Shown here: in pieces, positions 9,583 through 19,279 of the stretch | How the letters are laid out: every line of letters begins with the position of its first letter | How positions within the stretch are numbered: position 1 is the first letter of the stretch | Source: Nanobdellota archaeon | Lineage (GTDB): Archaea > Nanobdellota > Nanobdellia > Woesearchaeales > UBA583 | DNA length: 64,000 bases | Assembly (NCBI GenBank): GCA_022565615.1 | Contig: JAIUMM010000001.1 | Location: 11,680 to 75,679 of the forward strand | Direction of reading: 5' to 3' | Translations under genes and position numbers: made by a program | Notes under the pieces: model-generated | Told to the model about the DNA's origin: nothing | Seen by the model: only the letters and a program-made list of their open reading frames with translations | Database searches by the model: none

Positions 9583-9590
9583 TTTATAAA
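9583..9590 (+). promoter_or_regulatory. TATA box of a probably leaderless gene
   Basis: TTTATAAA ends 22 nt before ATG 9613. Equivalent boxes are at 343-350 (rpl37e), 41320-41327 (grpE), 47877-47884 (SNF2), 51110-51117 (rpl41e) and 57129-57136 (atpA), 22-28 nt from the start codons. Confidence 0.7.
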
Positions 9591-9612
9591 TAATGAAGTC
9601 TTAGATAAAGTA

Positions 9613-12600
9613 ATGAAAGCGTTAAAAACTCCAGAATTTGTAGACACTATTGAAGATAGAGCTCACAGAGCGTTTGATAAAGTGAAAAGAGATATTGAGT
9701 CACTTGAGCAAGAACAAGTAATTCAAAACAGAAGTATTAATGATTTAGGAGATTTATTATCTAAATTAGAGCAAAATTATGCAAATTTACTAACTTTATT
9801 AAAAGAAGTTCAAAAAGATGCTAAAAATAATGTAAAAGACCCAAGTGTTGAAAATCATAAATTTCAAAGAAAAATTGAAGAACTTGAACTTGAAATTAAA
9901 AATTTAAAACAAAATTTGGGAGGGGATGAAATTTCAATTGAATGGTTAAAAAGACATATTCATGATAATAAAAAAGAAATTTTACTTCAAGTGTCTAATT
10001 TACAAGAACAAGTAGATGCTCAAAAGTTAGAAGTTGCACGAGAAATTTTAGATCAATATAACGCTATTAGAGATGAATTTTTAGTAAAAGAAAAATTAGC
10101 AATTACTCAAATTAAAAATGAATTAATTGCACAAATTAGAAGAGATTTAAAAGAAGAGTTAAAAATTGATTTAAGAGATGAACTTAAAGTTGAGTTAAAA
10201 GATGAATTAAGAGCAGATTTAAAAGAAGAGCTTAAAATTGAATTTGTTCAAGTTGATGAATATACATACAAAATTAAAGAAATTGTTGCATATCTTAAAG
10301 AGAGTAAAAATTATATTAAAGAATATACTTCACCTCAATTTGCAGTTCTTGAAAAACAAATTGAATTATTAAAACAAGCTCTTAAAGATTCACAAGATTT
10401 TGAATCTCAAGAAAAATTACTTGATATTTTAGAAGGACTACAAGTTAAAGTTGAAGAATTAGAAGAACAATTACAATTAAAAGCACAAGATGAGGATTTA
10501 GCTGGAATTGAAGAAAAATTAAGTGAACTAGTTGAAGCAGTTGAGAATATTAAAAATGATTCACAAGAAGAATTTGAGTATGTAACTCCTCAAGAACTTG
10601 AAAGCACAACTCAAACATTAAAAGTTGAGTTTAATTCAAGAGTAGATTCTCTTCAATTACAAGTTGAAGATAATTCAGAGAAAATTCAAATTTTAGATTC
10701 ATTTTTAGAAGAAGAAGTGGAAGAAAAATTAATTCCACAAGTTGAAGAATTAGTGAATAAAACTCAAGATTTACAAACTCAAATTGAAAGTATTGAGATT
10801 CCTGAAATCCCTCAAATTCCTGAGCAAGTTGAAGCAGTAGATATCTCACCTCTTGAAGAAAATATTGAAATTTTAAAATCTAATTTAAAAGAATTAACTG
10901 ATGATGTTGTAATAATTAGAGAAGATTTAGATAATTTAGAAATTCCTCAAATTACTCCTGAAAATATTGATGCATTAAAACAAAGAGTTGAAGAAGTAGA
11001 AGAAGAGCTTGCAAGAATTGGAGCAATTGAAGAAATTGACCCAAGTGAGTTTGTAACTATTCCTCTTTTAGAAGAATCAATTCAAAATTCAGAAATTAAA
11101 GTTAAAGATGAATTAAGAGTTGAATTAAGAGATGAAATGAATGATGTTGCAACAGATATTGCAACAACAGTTGTTGATTCAAGAGTAACTCCTATTGAAG
11201 AAGAGATGAAAACACTTCAAGATGTAATTTCGCAAATCAAAGATGAAGTTGCAGAGTTAAAAGAAAAATTAGAGCAAGATTTAGAATCTATTGATTCACA
11301 AATTAAAGAATTAATTGAAGAAAAAGCTGATAAAGTAACTCTTGAGGAATTAAAAGAGAGTAGAGTTGAAGTGGTTTCATTTGAAGAAACTGTTGAGAAG
11401 ATTAGAGAAGAAATTTCATCAATTGAACTTACAGATGAAATTGATACAACAATATTTGCTCTTAAAGATGAAGTGGCTCTAAGAAGCGAGTTAGAAGAAT
11501 TACTTGAAAGAGTTGAGCAATTAGATAAAGATGTTGATGTAATTGATAGAGATGTTACAACTCTTGATGGTACAAAAGCTGATGTGAGTTTAGTTGATGA
11601 AATTCAAAACAAAGTTGAGAATTTACTTGAAGCTAAAAAAGAATTACAAGAACAAATTGAATCACTTGAAGAAGAGGTAAGAGCAATTGAGATACCTGAA
11701 ATTCCCGAAATTGAACAAAAAGAAGTTCAAGAAGTTGATTTATCACCATATGCTCTTCAATCATTAGTTGAGAAATCACTAAGTGAATTAGAAGAAGAAT
11801 TAGCAGGAAAGGTTGATGATGTATCTTTAAGAGTTGATGGAGTTGAGAGTAGAGTTATTGATTTAGAAGAAGCTGTTGAGAAACATGATGAAGAAATTGA
11901 AGTTCTTGATAGAGATTTAACAATTATTGATAAAAATAAACTTGAAGAAGTTGAAGTGAGTTCATTAGTTGAAGAAGCAGTTATTGAAATTAGACAAAGA
12001 ATTGAAGATACAATTGTTGAAATTAATGAAATTAGGGAGCAATTAACTTATCTTGATGAAGAAGTTAAAGCAATTGAGATTCCTCAAATGCCAGAGATTC
12101 CAGAGTCTATTGATACAAGCGAATTTGCTTCAAAAGAAGAAGTTGAAGAAGTATCTTCAAGAATTACAACTAGAGTTGATGGAGTTGAGAGTAGAGTTGT
12201 TGATGTAGAAGAATTAATTCAAAAACATGATGGAGAAATTGAAGTACTTGATAGAGATTTACAAGCATTAGATACACAAGTTCAAGCAATAGAGATTCCT
12301 GAAATTCAAGAAATGTCTGAGCCAGTTGAACTTCCAAATATGAATGACTATATGAGAAAGGATGAGTTTGATGTATCTGAGTTTGTAAAAGTTGAAGATC
12401 TAGAAGAGGATAGAAAAGAATTAAGAGATTTAGTTGATCAAGTAACTATTATTAATTCAATTGTTGAGCAACTTCAAGAAGATGTTAAGGCATTTGAAGG
12501 AGTTGAAGAAGTAGCAGAGCAAGTTTTAGAGATTAAAGATAAAATTCAAGAACTTGAAGAGTTGAAAGTTCAAATTGAAGATTTAAGAGAAGTTGTTGAG

Positions 12601-15198
12601 AAACATGATGAAGAAATTGAAGTTCTTGATAGAGATTTGTTAACTCTTGATATTAATAAGGCTAATAAAGAAGATATTGTAGAATTTAATAGCGAAGAAT
12701 TAGATAATAGTGTTTCTAAACTTCAAGAACAAGTTCAATCATTAGTTCAAAGAGTTGAAGAGATGGAACAAAATCCAGTAACTTCTGTTGTGCAAGAGAG
12801 TATTGTTGAGAGTGTTAAAGAGAGTACTCAAGAAATTCAGGAGAGAATTGAGACTATTGTGACACAAATTCAAGAGATTGAGCATATAAATTCAGGAGAC
12901 GAATTTTCAAAAGAAGAATTTGTTGAATTGGTTCAAAAAGTTCAAAGTGTTGAAGAAGAAGTTGAACAACTTAGAAACTCACTTGAAGAAATGGATAAAA
13001 TAATTGAAGAAAATCATTCTAAATTTGCTTTACTTGAAGACTTTAACACATTAAAAGAAGAAATTAATAATTTAGAGATCCCTCATATTAATGAAGAAGC
13101 ATTTGCTCAATCTTCAAGAGTTGAAGAATTATCAAGTTTAATTGATTCATTAGATGAACAATTAAAAGTTGTTAAATTAAATGTTGAAGATTTAGATTCA
13201 CGAAAAGTTGATTCAAGTGAAGTTGAAGATATTGATACAGATGAGTTTGTGAGTCAAGATCAAATTGAAGAAGTTCAAGCAAGTGTTTCAAATCTTGAGG
13301 AGTTACTTCAAAAATTAATTTCATCAGTTGATGATTTAGAAGAAAAAGTACAAAGTGAAGAAGAGGATGAAACTTCAAGTGTTGAACATGCATCTCTTGA
13401 AGAGTTTGAAAATTTACAAAATAATTTAAAATCATTTGAAGAAGAAATTACTTCAATTAAGGAGAGGTTAGAAGAATTTGATACTAATATTTCTCTTCTT
13501 GATGCAGATAAAGCTCAAAGAGTTGAGTTTGAAGAAAGATTTGAAGAAATTAAAGAGAAGTTTGAGAATTTAGAAGAGACAACTACACAAGTTACAACTC
13601 AAATTAAAGAGAGCGTAACTTCTATTGAAACTAATTATGATGAAGTAATTGAGGAATTACAGCAAAAAGTAACTTCTCTTGAAGAAGAAGTCAGAGCAAT
13701 TGAAATTCCTGATATGCCTAAACCTCAATTAGTTGATACAAGTGAGTTAGAAAATAAAGTAGAGGAGTTATCAACTTCTATTACAGAGTTAGAAGAGAAA
13801 TTATCTGAACTAGATTCACGTAAAGTTGATTCAAGTGAAGTTGAAGATATTGACACAGAAGAATTTGTAAATAGAGATGAGCTTCAAACAAGAATTGATG
13901 AATTAAAATCAAGTCTTGAACATGTAAGTACTCAATTAACTGAAGTAAAAGAAGAAATTAAAGAGGAGTACAAAGAAGAGATTAAAACAGAAGTTATTGA
14001 GATGAAGTCAGAAGTTACAACTCAAATTAAAGAGGAAGTAAGAGAAGAACTCTTTGAAGAATTACAATCAAGATTAACCTCTCTTGAAGAAGAAGTACGA
14101 GCAATTGAAATTCCTGATATGCCTGAACCTCAATTAGTTGATACAAGTGAGTTAGAAAATAAAGTTGAAGAATTATCAACTTCTATTACAGAGTTAGAAG
14201 AGAAATTAACTGAACTAGATTCACGTAAAGTTGATTCAAGTGAAGTTGAAGATATTGACACAGAAGAATTTGTAAATAGAGATGAGCTTCAAACAAGAAT
14301 TGATGAATTAAAAGTAAGTCTTGAACATGTAAGTACTCAATTAATTGAAGTAAAAGAAGAAGTAAAAGAGGAAATTTCTTCACAGATTAGAGAAGAAGTA
14401 AGGGAATTAATTGAAGAAGAAGTTCAAAGAGGAGTTAAAGAACTTGAAGATATTGCATTATTATATTCACAAATTGATACTCTAAGAGATGATGTTGAAT
14501 CTTTAAGAATTCAAATTGATGATTCACAAAGTGCAACTGAAAGTATTAAAGAATTAAAAGAGGAGATTACAAGAATTGAACAAAGAGTTGAGGAATCATT
14601 TGAAAGCATTGAAAATATTGAGCATGAAACTCAAACTACAACTCAGACTATTACACAAGAAGTAATTGAAACTGCAAGAGAAGATATTTCAAATGAAGTT
14701 GAGAAATTAAAAGACCAACTTGAAATGTATGTTTTACAAAGAGACTTTGAGGATAAAATTCAAGAACTTGATGAGTCTAAATTAAATGTTGAAGACTTTG
14801 AAGAGTATGTTAGATTTGAACTTGATGCAAGAGAAGTGTATGAGAAATCATATGTAGAATTACTTGCAAGATTCCATGAAATTAATCATACTAGTCAGAG
14901 TAAATCTGAATATCAAGAAGAGATGAAGAAGTGTAGAACTATTATCACTAAATTTATTGAAAGTGAAGAGAAGAGATTATCTAAATCTTATAGTTCAAAA
15001 TTCACTCAACCGTTCTTCAAAAGACTTAGAAGTTCAATTACAAGAGATGCGAATTACTTAAAAGATTCTTGGAGAAATTTACCAATTACTCAGGGAAGAG
15101 AAGTAGCTCAAAAGAGAAGTGAAAATATTAAAAAAGATGTAAAAGAGGATGTCGAGCAGGAGGATTTCTTCACCTGGTTTGCATTTAATCGAAAATAA
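9613..15198 (+). CDS. Giant acidic coiled-coil repeat protein (1861 aa)
   Basis: Heptad-like E/L/I/V-rich sequence throughout, with recurrent IEIPEIP linkers and xxKAD / F-A/V-xK-E/D-E motifs. No signal peptide or TM helix. Confidence 0.9.
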   Translation: MKALKTPEFVDTIEDRAHRAFDKVKRDIESLEQEQVIQNRSINDLGDLLSKLEQNYANLLTLLKEVQKDAKNNVKDPSVENHKFQRKIEELELEIKNLKQNLGGDEISIEWLKRHIHDNKKEILLQVSNLQEQVDAQKLEVAREILDQYNAIRDEFLVKEKLAITQIKNELIAQIRRDLKEELKIDLRDELKVELKDELRADLKEELKIEFVQVDEYTYKIKEIVAYLKESKNYIKEYTSPQFAVLEKQIELLKQALKDSQDFESQEKLLDILEGLQVKVEELEEQLQLKAQDEDLAGIEEKLSELVEAVENIKNDSQEEFEYVTPQELESTTQTLKVEFNSRVDSLQLQVEDNSEKIQILDSFLEEEVEEKLIPQVEELVNKTQDLQTQIESIEIPEIPQIPEQVEAVDISPLEENIEILKSNLKELTDDVVIIREDLDNLEIPQITPENIDALKQRVEEVEEELARIGAIEEIDPSEFVTIPLLEESIQNSEIKVKDELRVELRDEMNDVATDIATTVVDSRVTPIEEEMKTLQDVISQIKDEVAELKEKLEQDLESIDSQIKELIEEKADKVTLEELKESRVEVVSFEETVEKIREEISSIELTDEIDTTIFALKDEVALRSELEELLERVEQLDKDVDVIDRDVTTLDGTKADVSLVDEIQNKVENLLEAKKELQEQIESLEEEVRAIEIPEIPEIEQKEVQEVDLSPYALQSLVEKSLSELEEELAGKVDDVSLRVDGVESRVIDLEEAVEKHDEEIEVLDRDLTIIDKNKLEEVEVSSLVEEAVIEIRQRIEDTIVEINEIREQLTYLDEEVKAIEIPQMPEIPESIDTSEFASKEEVEEVSSRITTRVDGVESRVVDVEELIQKHDGEIEVLDRDLQALDTQVQAIEIPEIQEMSEPVELPNMNDYMRKDEFDVSEFVKVEDLEEDRKELRDLVDQVTIINSIVEQLQEDVKAFEGVEEVAEQVLEIKDKIQELEELKVQIEDLREVVEKHDEEIEVLDRDLLTLDINKANKEDIVEFNSEELDNSVSKLQEQVQSLVQRVEEMEQNPVTSVVQESIVESVKESTQEIQERIETIVTQIQEIEHINSGDEFSKEEFVELVQKVQSVEEEVEQLRNSLEEMDKIIEENHSKFALLEDFNTLKEEINNLEIPHINEEAFAQSSRVEELSSLIDSLDEQLKVVKLNVEDLDSRKVDSSEVEDIDTDEFVSQDQIEEVQASVSNLEELLQKLISSVDDLEEKVQSEEEDETSSVEHASLEEFENLQNNLKSFEEEITSIKERLEEFDTNISLLDADKAQRVEFEERFEEIKEKFENLEETTTQVTTQIKESVTSIETNYDEVIEELQQKVTSLEEEVRAIEIPDMPKPQLVDTSELENKVEELSTSITELEEKLSELDSRKVDSSEVEDIDTEEFVNRDELQTRIDELKSSLEHVSTQLTEVKEEIKEEYKEEIKTEVIEMKSEVTTQIKEEVREELFEELQSRLTSLEEEVRAIEIPDMPEPQLVDTSELENKVEELSTSITELEEKLTELDSRKVDSSEVEDIDTEEFVNRDELQTRIDELKVSLEHVSTQLIEVKEEVKEEISSQIREEVRELIEEEVQRGVKELEDIALLYSQIDTLRDDVESLRIQIDDSQSATESIKELKEEITRIEQRVEESFESIENIEHETQTTTQTITQEVIETAREDISNEVEKLKDQLEMYVLQRDFEDKIQELDESKLNVEDFEEYVRFELDAREVYEKSYVELLARFHEINHTSQSKSEYQEEMKKCRTIITKFIESEEKRLSKSYSSKFTQPFFKRLRSSITRDANYLKDSWRNLPITQGREVAQKRSENIKKDVKEDVEQEDFFTWFAFNRK
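13671..14361 (+). repeat. Intragenic tandem duplication, 405-bp period
   Basis: Near-identical ~285-bp blocks start at 13671 and 14076 (TSLEEEVRAIEIPDMP...EVKEE). A partial third copy lies near 13192-13246. Confidence 0.92.
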
Positions 15199-15352
15199 AT
15201 AAGAGTTATTGCTCTAAGTTTGTTTTCAACAAATTTGAATATTTTTTATATTTATTTTTTTACTTTCCTATATTTTTTCTATTCTTCAAGTGAGATAACT
15301 ATTTTAATGATTATATATACTCTATGCTAGAAGAATAAAAAAATAAATTAAT

Positions 15353-16285
15353 TTATCCTTCTAAGAAGTTTTTTAATGTTGGTACTATTTGTTTCTTGCG
15401 AGAAAGAGCTCCTCCTAAATCTAAAAATCCATTCTCCAATAATGTAGAGGAGAATGCTTGTTGCACTTGAACACCAAACTCTTCATTAGAGCAAATTGAA
15501 TAATTTTTCTCATCTAAAATATCTACAACACTAAACATTACACCTGTTAAATTATCTCTTTCTTGAATTTGAGTAAGTGCTTCTTTAATTTCACTAAGTC
15601 TATTTATACCATATTGAGCATTTGTAGTCTCCATTACACCAATTCCATACATATTACCATTAAACTCAAACTCTTTATAATCAATTTGAATCATCTCAAT
15701 TGCTGTAATATCCCCTAAATCACTTTTAGCACTAAACATATCTAAACTAAATTTTTCAACATCTTCAATTTGAGCAATTTCATTTAACATTTCAACTAAT
15801 TCTCTATCTTCATGAGTTGTAGTAGGAGATCTAAAATATAAAGTATCTGAAACAATTCCTGCAATCATTAATGTTGCAAGTTCTTTTGAAATTTCAATTT
15901 GTTCCTCACTAAACATTTTAGCAACAATTGAACAAGTTGAACCAATAGGTTCAGCTCTAATGTATAAAGGAGCAGAAGTTTCTAAACTAAATTTATGATG
16001 ATCAACTATATAGTATAGTGAATATTGTTCAAGATTATCAATACTTTGAGCTTTTTCGTTATGGTCAACTAAAATAAGCTCACTCTTCTCCTCAAATGAA
16101 GTTACTAACTCAGGAATTATTGAAGAAGTATAATTCATTACAAATTGAGTTTCTTTATTTAACTCTCCAAGTCTATATGCTTGAGCATTATGTCCTTTTG
16201 CTTTCATAAATTCTTGCATAGCAATTGCTGAGCAAATTGCATCAGTATCAGGATTTTTATGTCCTATAATTTTATATGTTGTCAT
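15353..16285 (-). CDS. ppaC: Mn-dependent inorganic pyrophosphatase (DHH family II)
   Basis: GHKNPDTDAICSA, LVDHNE, VDHH, SDTLYFRSPTT and SRKKQIVP. Confidence 0.97.
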   Translation of the reverse strand: MTTYKIIGHKNPDTDAICSAIAMQEFMKAKGHNAQAYRLGELNKETQFVMNYTSSIIPELVTSFEEKSELILVDHNEKAQSIDNLEQYSLYYIVDHHKFSLETSAPLYIRAEPIGSTCSIVAKMFSEEQIEISKELATLMIAGIVSDTLYFRSPTTTHEDRELVEMLNEIAQIEDVEKFSLDMFSAKSDLGDITAIEMIQIDYKEFEFNGNMYGIGVMETTNAQYGINRLSEIKEALTQIQERDNLTGVMFSVVDILDEKNYSICSNEEFGVQVQQAFSSTLLENGFLDLGGALSRKKQIVPTLKNFLEG

Positions 16286-16369
16286 AGAAAAAACTAAATT
16301 AAATTATTTTATAAAATTGAGTATTAATTATAAGTTCAAAATATATAATAGACAAACTTTAAACTTATC

Positions 16370-16481
16370 AAATTTATTTTACATTTTATTTATAATGCAG
16401 GAGTTTCACTCCTGCTGACCTGTGAGAAGAGATATTCACTCTGTTCAATCTCTTTGTAAAATTTATTTTACATTTTATTTA
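16370..16481. repeat. 23-bp exact direct repeat flanking a 66-bp hairpin-containing insert
   Basis: AAATTTATTTTACATTTTATTTA at 16370-16392 and 16459-16481. The insert contains GCAGGAGT-TTC-ACTCCTGC and AGAGAT...ATCTCT. Confidence 0.8.
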
Positions 16482-16506
16482 AATACTTCTACAATATATT
16501 ATATCT

Positions 16507-17952
16507 ATGGAAGTTCAAGCAATATCTCCAAGTTGGCCTCATTATTATTCAAAGATGATTCATACAACAAATAAACAAAGTAATGTTGCAATTCTCACAC
16601 TATGGTCAAGAAAAGATATTTATATAAAATCAATTCCTTCTCATTTGTATAATTCAATTGGTCAATTATATTCAAGAGAAGAAGGAGTATCAACGTTAAT
16701 TAGAAATTTATGTCTAAATACATACATTACAGACTTAGTAATAGTAGGTGTTGATTTAAATCACTGTGCAGATGCTCTACTTGCATTATTTGAAAAAGGA
16801 GTAAATGAAAAAAATGAAATTCTATGTGAGTATTATTCTAAGTTAGATGATGAGATATCAAAAGATGCAATTCAAAGAATAAGAGAAAATGTAACACTTC
16901 ATGATTTTAGACATTTTAAAGATAAAGAAGAATTATCTAAACAAATAGAACTATTACAAAAAAAAGAAATTAAACCCTATTTTGAAATTGAAATGTTTAA
17001 AGAGGCTCAAATTAAAACACCTCAAACATTTCCAAGTTCAAAAACTAATTATTCAATTCATTCATTATATGTAAAAGATGCATGGATTCAAATCTTAAAA
17101 CATATCATGAAATTTGGTATTTTAAAAGACTCTCAATATGAAGAAAAACAACGTGAATTAATTACAATTACTTCAACAATTACTAAAGAAGACCCTAATG
17201 ATTTTAAACTTATAGAAGAATTTGGATTTACAAAAGAAGAATTAGATTCATACATTCCACAAGTAACTTCAATTAATGAAATTGAAGGATTAGAATATAC
17301 ATATGGACAGAGATTAATGAATCATAAGAAAATTAATCAAATTGATAATATTATTGAACAAATTAATGCAGAAGAATTTACTCGAAGAGCAGTTGCATTC
17401 ACATGGGATGTGACAAGAGATTACAATAGTCCAAAATGTCCTTGCCTAAATTTAGTTCAAGTATTAGTTCAAGACAATATACTTCATATGACATGTTATT
17501 TTAGAAGTAATGATATGTATGAAGCATGGCCAAGAAATACGTTTGCTCTTAGATACTTACAAAAAATGATTTGTGAAAAAACACATAAATCACTTGGAAA
17601 TTTAACAATCATTTCAAATAGTGCTCATATTTATGAACGTTCTTTTAGAAAAGTAGAAGCTATTCTTGAAAAAAAACAAAAGAAAGTGACTTGGGATCAA
17701 GATCCTAATGGAACTATTGCAATAAATAATATTGACAATAAAATTGTTGTAAAACATTTAGATACAAATGGTCAAAGATTAGAACAATTTGAAGGAACTA
17801 GTGCAATTGAATTATACAAATACATTGCAAATAGTTTGAAAATTTCAGATATCTCACATGCTATGGACATTGGATGTGAACTTCAAAAAGCACAAATAGC
17901 ACTTGAACAAAACATTGAATATATGCAAGACCAACCATTAAAATTTAATTAA
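16507..17952 (+). CDS. thyA: Thymidylate synthase fused to an N-terminal MtrA-like and a C-terminal DUF4346-like domain
   Basis: ThyA motifs YTYGQRL, RRA, PC, FRSNDMYEAWPRN and SAHIYE. The N-terminus (VAILTLWS..IGQLYS..GVSTLIRNLCLN) is MtrA-like; the C-terminus is SHAMDIGCELQKA..YMQD. Confidence 0.88.
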   Translation: MEVQAISPSWPHYYSKMIHTTNKQSNVAILTLWSRKDIYIKSIPSHLYNSIGQLYSREEGVSTLIRNLCLNTYITDLVIVGVDLNHCADALLALFEKGVNEKNEILCEYYSKLDDEISKDAIQRIRENVTLHDFRHFKDKEELSKQIELLQKKEIKPYFEIEMFKEAQIKTPQTFPSSKTNYSIHSLYVKDAWIQILKHIMKFGILKDSQYEEKQRELITITSTITKEDPNDFKLIEEFGFTKEELDSYIPQVTSINEIEGLEYTYGQRLMNHKKINQIDNIIEQINAEEFTRRAVAFTWDVTRDYNSPKCPCLNLVQVLVQDNILHMTCYFRSNDMYEAWPRNTFALRYLQKMICEKTHKSLGNLTIISNSAHIYERSFRKVEAILEKKQKKVTWDQDPNGTIAINNIDNKIVVKHLDTNGQRLEQFEGTSAIELYKYIANSLKISDISHAMDIGCELQKAQIALEQNIEYMQDQPLKFN

Positions 17953-17957
17953 TTTTT

Positions 17958-18671
17958 TTAGTTTTGAAGAAATAAAAATTCATTTAATGTTTGAGGAGAT
18001 GCTCTTACAATTCGCGGATTTCCTTCTCTTAAGATTTCTGGAGATTGATACCCCCAACTAACTCCAAGTGCGTATACTCCTGCTTCATTAGCTGCAATCA
18101 TATCACTTTTAGTATCTCCAATATATGCAATAAGTGGATTTGAGATATTTATAACACCATCCCTATATTCAATAACTTTTGCGTGTTCTCGTATTATGTT
18201 TCTCTTTGAGTGAACTCCTCCTTCTACAACTCCAAAGTAATCCCTAATTTTTAATCGTTCTAAATCTTCATTTAAACTATCTTGTGGATGGGCACTTATA
18301 ATACTTATTCTGCCACTGCCTAGAGTTTTTGGGATATTTCCCAGTAATTGTTCAATTCCATCATATAATTTAACAGGATACTCTCTACAACTTTTAGCTA
18401 ATTCTTTTTTATACAGCGTATCTAACTCAGTATCACTTATATCATCTCTAACTCCAAAACTTCTAAACATCTCTACACAAGAACCTTTAGCATTTGCTTT
18501 AAATCCTTCAAGGCTCAATGGTTTATTTGCATATTTTCCAAACGTTGAAGGGAATTTTGAAAATCCTAACTCTTTAACTCCTCCCCAATTTGCATAAAAC
18601 ACTTGATCTAAATCATCCCAAAGAGTTCCACTCACATCAAAAATTAAACCTCTAAATCTACTTCTAAGCAT
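17958..18671 (-). CDS. HAD-superfamily phosphatase (Gph-like)
   Basis: FDVSGTLWDD (motif I variant), YIGDTKSDM and GVSWGY. Start moved to the ATG at 18671, about 21 nt from a TTTATAAA box. Confidence 0.85.
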   Translation of the reverse strand: MLRSRFRGLIFDVSGTLWDDLDQVFYANWGGVKELGFSKFPSTFGKYANKPLSLEGFKANAKGSCVEMFRSFGVRDDISDTELDTLYKKELAKSCREYPVKLYDGIEQLLGNIPKTLGSGRISIISAHPQDSLNEDLERLKIRDYFGVVEGGVHSKRNIIREHAKVIEYRDGVINISNPLIAYIGDTKSDMIAANEAGVYALGVSWGYQSPEILREGNPRIVRASPQTLNEFLFLQN

Positions 18672-18746
18672 ATAATTTTTATTACTTATAAGTTTATAAA
18701 TATAATGTACAAAATACAATACTTAATAAAGTTTTAATTTTAGAAA

Positions 18747-19019
18747 TTAATTTTTATAAATTATATCATGATGGTCAAAATCTTCAAATGTAATTTCTTT
18801 TTTATTTTCATCAACACTAAATGTTAATACAAAATGAGTATCTATATGAACTCTCTTTAGGTGTTGAAGAGGTTTTCTAAGATTTTTAAAGTGCTGAGGA
18901 TTTTCACAAATTTCTTCAATTTTTTTAAAAATTATATTTAATTGTTTCTTGTTTTTCTTAGATAATTTTTTAAATTTTTTATCTAATTCTTCTTTAATTG
19001 AAATTGAATACATTTTCAT
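18747..19019 (-). CDS. RelE/YafQ-family mRNA interferase toxin
   Basis: 90 aa and basic; NPQHFKNLR..RVHIDTHFVLTF..FDHHD. Overlaps the antitoxin stop codon. Confidence 0.88.
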   Translation of the reverse strand: MKMYSISIKEELDKKFKKLSKKNKKQLNIIFKKIEEICENPQHFKNLRKPLQHLKRVHIDTHFVLTFSVDENKKEITFEDFDHHDIIYKN

Positions 19020-19243
19020 TTATATCTTGCTTTTAATTCTTGAATTGTACCTATTTCAATAGATTGACTTTTAGAAATTTCTTGTGCTTTTGAGATATAA
19101 GAAGGGTTCAATTCTTCATTATTTTTAAATAATTGAGCTAATTTATTAATTGCCTGAGATTTATCTTTTAAATTATATTGAGCTTTAATAATATTAAGTA
19201 GTTGATTAGTTTGAGAATCAATATCAATAATTGCTTTTACCAT
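19016..19243 (-). CDS. Antitoxin (DUF2683-like)
   Basis: MVKAIIDID..NQLLNIIKAQYNLKDKSQAIN; directly upstream of the RelE-like toxin with an ATGA-type overlap. Confidence 0.8.
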   Translation of the reverse strand: MVKAIIDIDSQTNQLLNIIKAQYNLKDKSQAINKLAQLFKNNEELNPSYISKAQEISKSQSIEIGTIQELKARYK

Positions 19244-19279
19244 ATTAATCTAATATTAACACAATATTAATAAATTTTC

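Noticed and set aside
9613-15198. SMC/Rad50 ATPase or phage tape-measure protein
   Set aside because: No Walker A/B or signature motifs, and no viral genes nearby.
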